Source of the DNA: a cyanobacterium endosymbiont of Epithemia turgida isolate EtSB Lake Yunoko
Lineage (GTDB): Bacteria > Cyanobacteriota > Cyanobacteriia > Cyanobacteriales > Microcystaceae
NCBI RefSeq assembly: GCF_000829235.1
Contig: NZ_AP012549.1
Coordinates: forward strand, 1,950,001 to 1,982,000
Direction of reading: 5' to 3'
DNA: 32,000 nt
How positions within the stretch are numbered: position 1 is the stretch's first letter; every line of letters begins with the position of its first letter. The translations under genes were made by a program, and so were the position numbers. Positions 26,558 through 32,000 of the stretch are shown here, one piece after another. Under the pieces are notes generated by a model. The model made no database searches, had not been told where the DNA came from, and saw only the letters and a list, made by a program, of their open reading frames with translations.

Positions 26558-27364
26558 ATGAGCTTATCGGCACAAGTTGGCCCGAAATGGTCGCCTTTAA
26601 GGCGATATCTAGAGCTTCTCCATATTTTGGTTGAACGCAATTTAAAAGGACGTTATCGAGGTTCGTTTTTAGGAGTCTATTGGTCTTTGCTCAACCCCTT
26701 GATCATGACAGGTCTTTATGCCGCAATTTTTGGAACTGCTTTTGCCAGATACTATAACAATAGTACCTTAAACTATATTCTGGCAGCGTTTACAGGGCTG
26801 ATTGTGATTAACTTTTTCTCGGCAGCTACCAATCAGGCTCTAGGCAGTGTGGTCGGAAATGGTCCTTTACTTAATAAAATCAAAATCCCTGTTTCTATTT
26901 TTCCTATTTCAATGATTGTGGCTAATACCTTTCAATTTGTGATGGGTCCATTACCTTTATTAGCAATAGTCACTTTAATAATTAATAGAAACCCTGTTAG
27001 TGTCGTGGCGTTAGTATTTCCCCTAATTGCTTTAAGTCTGGTTTGTACAGGGGTCGGACTGTTAGTAAGTGCTCTATTTGTGTTCTTTCGAGATCTGCCT
27101 TATTTTTATGAGTTGATTTGTTTTGTACTTTGGATCAGCTCGCCCGTATTCTATCCGGCCGAAATCGTTCCCGCTAAGGTCAAATCCTTTTTACTACTAA
27201 ATCCCTTAATTCCTATTATTGAAAGTATTCGTCAAATTTCCTTATCAGGGACTTTGCCTGATTTGATGTTAATTGGGCATTCATTTCTCAATGGAATTAT
27301 CCTTTTAATGCTAGGGTGGACTTGTTTTCGCGCCTGGCAAAACCAATTTATGGACTTGCTCTAG
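26558..27364 (+). CDS. ABC-2 type polysaccharide/O-antigen/teichoic-acid export permease (Wzm/KpsM/TagG-like)
   Basis: 268 aa with 6 predicted TM helices. N-terminal signature: ELLHILVERNLKGRYRGSFLGVYWSLLNPL. It is followed directly by the cognate ATPase. Confidence 0.9.
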   Translation: MSLSAQVGPKWSPLRRYLELLHILVERNLKGRYRGSFLGVYWSLLNPLIMTGLYAAIFGTAFARYYNNSTLNYILAAFTGLIVINFFSAATNQALGSVVGNGPLLNKIKIPVSIFPISMIVANTFQFVMGPLPLLAIVTLIINRNPVSVVALVFPLIALSLVCTGVGLLVSALFVFFRDLPYFYELICFVLWISSPVFYPAEIVPAKVKSFLLLNPLIPIIESIRQISLSGTLPDLMLIGHSFLNGIILLMLGWTCFRAWQNQFMDLL

Positions 27365-27371
27365 AAGTTAC

Positions 27372-28142
27372 ATGACGGAAGTAATTAGACTCGATCAAGT
27401 TTCTTTATCCCGCAGAACCCAAGAGGAGTTCTCTTATGACTTGAAGAAAACTATTCTTTCTTTCTTAGAAGGTAAGTATCGCCAACCCTCAAGAAAGTTG
27501 ATTCTCGACCAAATTAGCTTAACAGTGAAAGTGGGAGAAAAAGTTGGCATTATTGGAGCTAATGGCTCAGGAAAATCCACCCTGCTCAAAGTTCTCTGTG
27601 GTATTTTGCAGCCATCTACAGGGCAGGTCAGAGTTAAGGGAGAAATTGCTCCCTTAATTGAGTTAGGAGCAGGCTTTGATGCCGAATTATCTGTAACTGA
27701 CAATATCATTCTTTATGGAGTCATGTTAGGATTTTCTCGCCAAGATATGAAGAAGCGGGTCGCAGACATTTTAAACTTTGCTGAGTTAGAGGAATATGCA
27801 TGGGCTCCTGTCAAAGCCCTTTCGTCGGGGATGACAGCTCGCTTGGGGTTTGCCATTGCCACTGATATTGAACCCGATGTGTTAATCCTTGATGAAGTCC
27901 TTTCAGTAGGAGATGAAAGTTTTAAGCACAAATGTCAAAGACGGATGGATAAATTATGGGGCCATCACACTACTATTTTAGTGGTTTCTCATGGATTGGA
28001 GTTTATTCAACAGTCTTGTGATCGCGCCATTTGGTTAGATCGCGGTAAAATTCGCTTTGCGGGTAACACCGATGAGACAATTGATTGTTATCTAACGTCA
28101 GTTCAACAAAATCAAGAGATAGGATTACATCAACAGCTATGA
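27372..28142 (+). CDS. ABC transporter ATP-binding protein of polysaccharide exporters (Wzt/KpsT/TagH-like, short form without a C-terminal glycan-binding domain)
   Basis: 256 aa. Walker A GANGSGKST, Q-loop, signature LSSGMTARLGFA, Walker B VLILDEVLSVGD, H-loop VVSHG. Confidence 0.93.
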   Translation: MTEVIRLDQVSLSRRTQEEFSYDLKKTILSFLEGKYRQPSRKLILDQISLTVKVGEKVGIIGANGSGKSTLLKVLCGILQPSTGQVRVKGEIAPLIELGAGFDAELSVTDNIILYGVMLGFSRQDMKKRVADILNFAELEEYAWAPVKALSSGMTARLGFAIATDIEPDVLILDEVLSVGDESFKHKCQRRMDKLWGHHTTILVVSHGLEFIQQSCDRAIWLDRGKIRFAGNTDETIDCYLTSVQQNQEIGLHQQL

Positions 28143-29071
28143 AAATATTAATCACTGGAGGCGCGGGTTATATTGGGTCGGTTCTGACCCCAACTCTATT
28201 GGCAAAAGGCTATGAAGTGACAGTTTTAGACAATTTTATGTTCCGGCAAAATAGTCTGGCTGATTGTTGTCAATATGATACATTTAATATAGTTCGTGGC
28301 GATTGTCGTGATGAATCTACTATCAAGGAGTTGCTTCATGACACGGATGTTATCATCCCTTTAGCTGCCTTAGTAGGTGCGCCTCTGTGTGGTAGAGATC
28401 AGATAGGAACCCAAACCATTAATTATGAGGCAGTTAAACTAATCTGTGATTTAGCAAGTCCGGAACAACGTATTTTGATGCCTGTTACTAATAGCGGTTA
28501 CGGTATTGGGACATCAGGCAAGTATTGTACTGAAGAATCTCCTTTGCGTCCTATTTCTCTCTATGGCAGCACCAAAGTAAATGCAGAAAGGACAGTTTTA
28601 GAGAGGGGAAATAGTATCACTTTTCGTTTAGCTACAGTATTTGGGATGTCTCCTCGAATGCGGGTAGATCTCTTAGTCAATGATTTTGTTTACCGTGCTT
28701 TTTATGATCGTGCTGTGGTCATTTTTGAAGGGCATTTTAAGCGAAATTATATCCATATTCGGGATGTTGCTAAGGTGTTTGTCCATGGGATCGAAAATTT
28801 TGAGTCGATGAAGGATAAATCCTATAATGTAGGACTTGATGATGCTAACTTATCAAAATTAGAGTTGTGCGCAGAAATTCAAAAGTATCTGCCTAAATTT
28901 GTTTATTCAGAAGCCCCTATTGGGGAAGACCCTGACAAAAGAGATTATATCGTTTCTAATGCTCGAATTCTTAATACGGGGTTTGAAACAGATTGGTCTT
29001 TAGGACGCGGGATTAAAGAGTTAATTAAAGGTTATACAATTTTGCGGAACACTCTTTATTCTAACGTTTAA
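28139..29071 (+). CDS. NAD-dependent sugar epimerase/dehydratase (extended SDR)
   Basis: I take the start at MKILITGGAGYIGS. Its ATG (28139) overlaps the ATPase TGA (28140-28142) as ATGA. Catalytic SLYGSTKVNAE (YxxxK). 310 aa. Confidence 0.9.
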   Translation: MKILITGGAGYIGSVLTPTLLAKGYEVTVLDNFMFRQNSLADCCQYDTFNIVRGDCRDESTIKELLHDTDVIIPLAALVGAPLCGRDQIGTQTINYEAVKLICDLASPEQRILMPVTNSGYGIGTSGKYCTEESPLRPISLYGSTKVNAERTVLERGNSITFRLATVFGMSPRMRVDLLVNDFVYRAFYDRAVVIFEGHFKRNYIHIRDVAKVFVHGIENFESMKDKSYNVGLDDANLSKLELCAEIQKYLPKFVYSEAPIGEDPDKRDYIVSNARILNTGFETDWSLGRGIKELIKGYTILRNTLYSNV

Positions 29072-29112
29072 AACTTAAGCGGGAGTTGATAATAACTCCC
29101 GCTTAAGTTTTA
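29069..29112 (+). terminator. Terminator of the exporter/epimerase operon: 19-bp perfect stem, 6-nt loop, with the 3' arm ending in UUUUA
   Basis: taaaacttaagcgggagtt-gataat-aactcccgcttaagtttta. The stop codon (29069-29071) lies inside the 5' arm. Confidence 0.6.
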
Positions 29113-29242
29113 AAAAAATCTTCATAGCAAATTCCTTGAATTTATTTTAAGAGAGTATTGAAATTAGAGCCTAATTTTTTTCTACTATTTTTTATCATAG
29201 ATTTTGACTCTTCAATAGACTATAATTGGTATTATTTATTTA

Positions 29243-29287
29243 GAATTTACAGTCTCAAAATTAAGATAACTTTGAGACTGTAAATTC
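29243..29287. repeat. Perfect 17-bp stem / 11-nt loop inverted repeat in an AT-rich desert
   Basis: gaatttacagtctcaaa-attaagataac-tttgagactgtaaattc, read directly. Confidence 0.6.
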
Positions 29288-29838
29288 GCACTAAATCTTT
29301 AATAAATTATCTAATTAACTTGTTTATAATCTGATTTTATAGTCTTTTGTGAATATATTTATTAACATAAATAATAGATTGTTTGTAGATAGTAAAATTT
29401 TTGTTGATTGAACATTTTTATAAAAATAATTAACTTACTATATAAGTATTGCTAAAACTATTTTCAGAAGTAAACTAATGTTATTTGTCTTTTATGAAGA
29501 AACTATTTTGTCTAAAAAAATAACTATGTTTTTTCATAGTATTGAGAGTCTTCATTTAAGATTTTATATAAAACTTATTGGTGATCTTTAATTTTTTTTA
29601 TATATTGAATAATTTTCATATATTTTTAATAAAAAGTGTGAGCGTATCAAGAGATATTTATAAGTTATTAAATAGTAATATTTTAGTATTTAGTTTAAAT
29701 TTTAAGTTGTTGATATAGTAAACTAGAAATCCTTATTTATTTAAAATTGCTCATCATTTAATGGAAAAGTTAATACGAAAGTCATCGTTATGGTCTATTG
29801 ACATAAGTCAATAAAAATAAAACGGTTTATATTAATTA

Positions 29839-29884
29839 ATAACCCCAAAAATATTAATAATATTATTAATATTTTTGGGGTTAT
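29839..29884. repeat. Perfect 46-bp spacerless palindrome (23-bp arms) in an AT-rich desert
   Basis: ataaccccaaaaatattaataat|attattaatatttttggggttat. Every position was checked pairwise. Confidence 0.6.
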
Positions 29885-30067
29885 AATATGTTCATATTTC
29901 AAAACTAATAGTAGTCGAGTCGATTTGAGACTTTAATTTTAGCTATAAAATATTAGTATTAATTCTGATTTGATTGGGAATCGGAATTATTTTCGGTCTC
30001 TAATAGGGTCGACGTAAGAAATGAATACCCCTATCATCTATAGTTGAGCCCCAACATTTAGACTCAT

Positions 30068-32000
30068 TTAACTACGAAGTGTTACCTTAAATTTTTTCAC
30101 TAAAGCGTTGCGAATTTTGTCGTGAATCGGTTCAACATCCTCATCAGTTAAAGTGCGATTGCCTGCACGATAAACTAGACTGAAGGCTAGACTCCGTTCT
30201 CCTTTAGGAACATTTTCTCCTTGATATTGATCGAATAATTCAACCCCTACAAGTAATTTTCCCCCCGCTTCGTTTATCACTTGAGTTAAGTCTGCAACGG
30301 AAACTTTTAAAGACGCAAAAAAGGCTAAATCTCGTTCCACTGCGGGATAGCTAGAATAGAGACCTAAAATAGGGTTCATTAACTCCTCTTGTCCTAACGT
30401 TTCTAACAACATGTTGAAATTCAGTGTGAAAGCATATACTGCATCAATTAAATCTTTTTCTTGTCGTAATCGAGGGTGCAATTGTCCAAAAATTCCTAAT
30501 TGTTTTTTACTAACCCATAAAGATGCAGTCCGGCCAGGATGTAACCTTTCATCACTATTATCGGGTTGGTAAGTTACATCTAACCCTAAACTGACAAAAA
30601 CACTTTCGAGTATACCTTTTGCTTCATACCACCCCATAAATACTGACTTTCCGCTGCGAATCCACCGTCCTTGAGGAAACATATCACCGCCCATAATTCC
30701 TACAACTTCGTCCAATTCTTGATATTTTTCATCAACTATACGGAAAGTTGGCCCAATTTCAAAAGCATTGAATGCACCATTTCCTTGAGACTGGTTATAA
30801 GCAAACGCATCAATTAAAGCATCAAGTAGATTAGTTCGTAACGCTGCGTATTCAGCAAATAAGGGGTTAGCAATGATAATATCTGCTTTTTCTGGTTTAA
30901 CTAATGAATATTGAATAACTTCCGTCAACCCTACCGCGCGGAATACCTCCCGAACCTTACGTTGAACCTGATAGTCAAAAGAGAGTCCCCCAGGTTCAGT
31001 TTTATCAGGAAGTTCATCACAAAAATGCTCGTAACCATACAGACGCGCTACCTCTTCAATTAAATCAATTTCCCGTTTTAAATCCTGATAACGGTAGGAA
31101 GGAACCGAAACTTTCCAAACATTATTTCCACCTTTAACGGGGCTTAAATCACATCCTAGATTAATTAGAATGCGCTCTACATCTATTGCAGCCACATTAG
31201 CTGTTGTACCATTTTTTTTAATTGGACCTAAAATCTGATGTATTCGTTCTAATCTTAGAATAATGGATTCGGTTGACAAATCCGGACGATTATCTTCTAT
31301 AACTTGAGTGACAGGGGTTCCTTCTGCTAACTCTGCAATCAGAGCGATCGCAAGATTACACGCAATTTCTAACTCAGATTGATTAATCCCCCTTTCATAT
31401 CTTGCAGAAGACTCGCTACGTAGACTCTGGCAACGAGAGGAACGACGAATTGTTACTTGATCAAACAAAGCCGCTTCAAGGACGATATTTTGAGTAGTGT
31501 CGTCCACCTTGGTTTCGTATCCTCCCATAACTCCCGCTAAAGCAACAGGTTTATCATTAGCAGTAACAATTAAATTAGCAGATTTTAAATTTCTTTCTTG
31601 CTCATCTAGTGTTTTTAATGTTTCTTTTTCTGTTGCAAATCGTACCCCTAACGTTAACGGTGTTTCTTTTGCAACGGTTTCCAGTTTATCTCGATCAAAT
31701 GCGTGGAGAGGCTGTCCCCATTCCAACATAATTAAATTTGTTACATCCACCACATTATTAATGGGACGGACTCCTGCTACTTCAAGTCTGTTTTGCAACC
31801 ATTTAGGCGACTGTACAATTCTCACGTTTTCAATGACGGTTCCTATATATGCAGAACAAATATTTCCGTCTGATACTTTAACTTTGAGAAAATAGGAAGA
31901 CTTTTGAGGAAAAAAAACTTTCGGAGATTTTGGTAAGTTTAATTCTCCACCTGTTAATGCTGCAACTTCCCGCGCAATCCCCACCATACTCAACGCATCT
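30068..32000 (-). CDS. pheT: Phenylalanine--tRNA ligase beta subunit, C-terminal approx. 640 aa. The N-terminus lies beyond the window edge.
   Basis: The ORF is open to the window end. B3/4, B5 and catalytic-like core regions: [40 protein letters not shown]. The C-terminal ferredoxin-fold anticodon-binding domain reads [10 protein letters not shown]...[33 protein letters not shown]. Confidence 0.95.
   Translation of the reverse strand, partial: DALSMVGIAREVAALTGGELNLPKSPKVFFPQKSSYFLKVKVSDGNICSAYIGTVIENVRIVQSPKWLQNRLEVAGVRPINNVVDVTNLIMLEWGQPLHAFDRDKLETVAKETPLTLGVRFATEKETLKTLDEQERNLKSANLIVTANDKPVALAGVMGGYETKVDDTTQNIVLEAALFDQVTIRRSSRCQSLRSESSARYERGINQSELEIACNLAIALIAELAEGTPVTQVIEDNRPDLSTESIILRLERIHQILGPIKKNGTTANVAAIDVERILINLGCDLSPVKGGNNVWKVSVPSYRYQDLKREIDLIEEVARLYGYEHFCDELPDKTEPGGLSFDYQVQRKVREVFRAVGLTEVIQYSLVKPEKADIIIANPLFAEYAALRTNLLDALIDAFAYNQSQGNGAFNAFEIGPTFRIVDEKYQELDEVVGIMGGDMFPQGRWIRSGKSVFMGWYEAKGILESVFVSLGLDVTYQPDNSDERLHPGRTASLWVSKKQLGIFGQLHPRLRQEKDLIDAVYAFTLNFNMLLETLGQEELMNPILGLYSSYPAVERDLAFFASLKVSVADLTQVINEAGGKLLVGVELFDQYQGENVPKGERSLAFSLVYRAGNRTLTDEDVEPIHDKIRNALVKKFKVTLRS

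Noticed and set aside
26380-29071. Whether the ABC-2 / ATPase / epimerase block or the ArsA-like gene represents a novel defence or toxin system
   Set aside because: All components have ordinary, well-known family signatures for glycan export and sugar modification. No nuclease, NTPase-effector, toxin-antitoxin or phage-related signatures were seen.

Overview
This is a cyanobacterial chromosome segment. The gene content resembles the Cyanothece/Crocosphaera group, and it carries relics of the HIP1 octamer GCGATCGC. The segment appears to be partway through reductive genome evolution.

By my own feature coordinates, about 55% of the window is intact, mostly housekeeping CDS:
- Slt-type lytic transglycosylase, rpsA, nrdR and a large FAD-dependent oxidoreductase
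- TxlA-like thioredoxin, a NIL/4Fe-4S protein, cbiX, cobA and rpsO
- Type I-beta DAHP synthase, birA and pgeF/yfiH
- An ArsA/Get3-like ATPase and a PetP-like SH3 protein
- An ABC-2 polysaccharide exporter pair, an SDR epimerase and a partial pheT

About 11% is recognisable gene wreckage. It comprises psbB (CP47), psbT, chlorophyll synthase chlG, a kaiB-family clock gene and at least two other ORFs, all broken by frameshifts or in-frame stops. The remaining third or so is very AT-rich, ORF-free desert (1-2022, 4260-5900, 12600-13770, 20520-21700, 29115-30060).

The main result is that photosynthesis, chlorophyll and clock genes are decaying in situ next to intact housekeeping genes. That indicates a non-photosynthetic cyanobacterium. 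By inference it is most consistent with a diatom spheroid-body (diazoplast) type endosymbiont rather than a free-living strain or UCYN-A.

Secondary observations:
- A set of unusually long, perfect, unrelated inverted repeats at gene ends and in the deserts
- A GC-rich structured island between nrdR and rpsA
- An ArsA-like ATPase with an eroded P-loop

I could not recognise any tRNA, rRNA, CRISPR array, transposase or obvious defence system. I found no convincing new multi-gene system.
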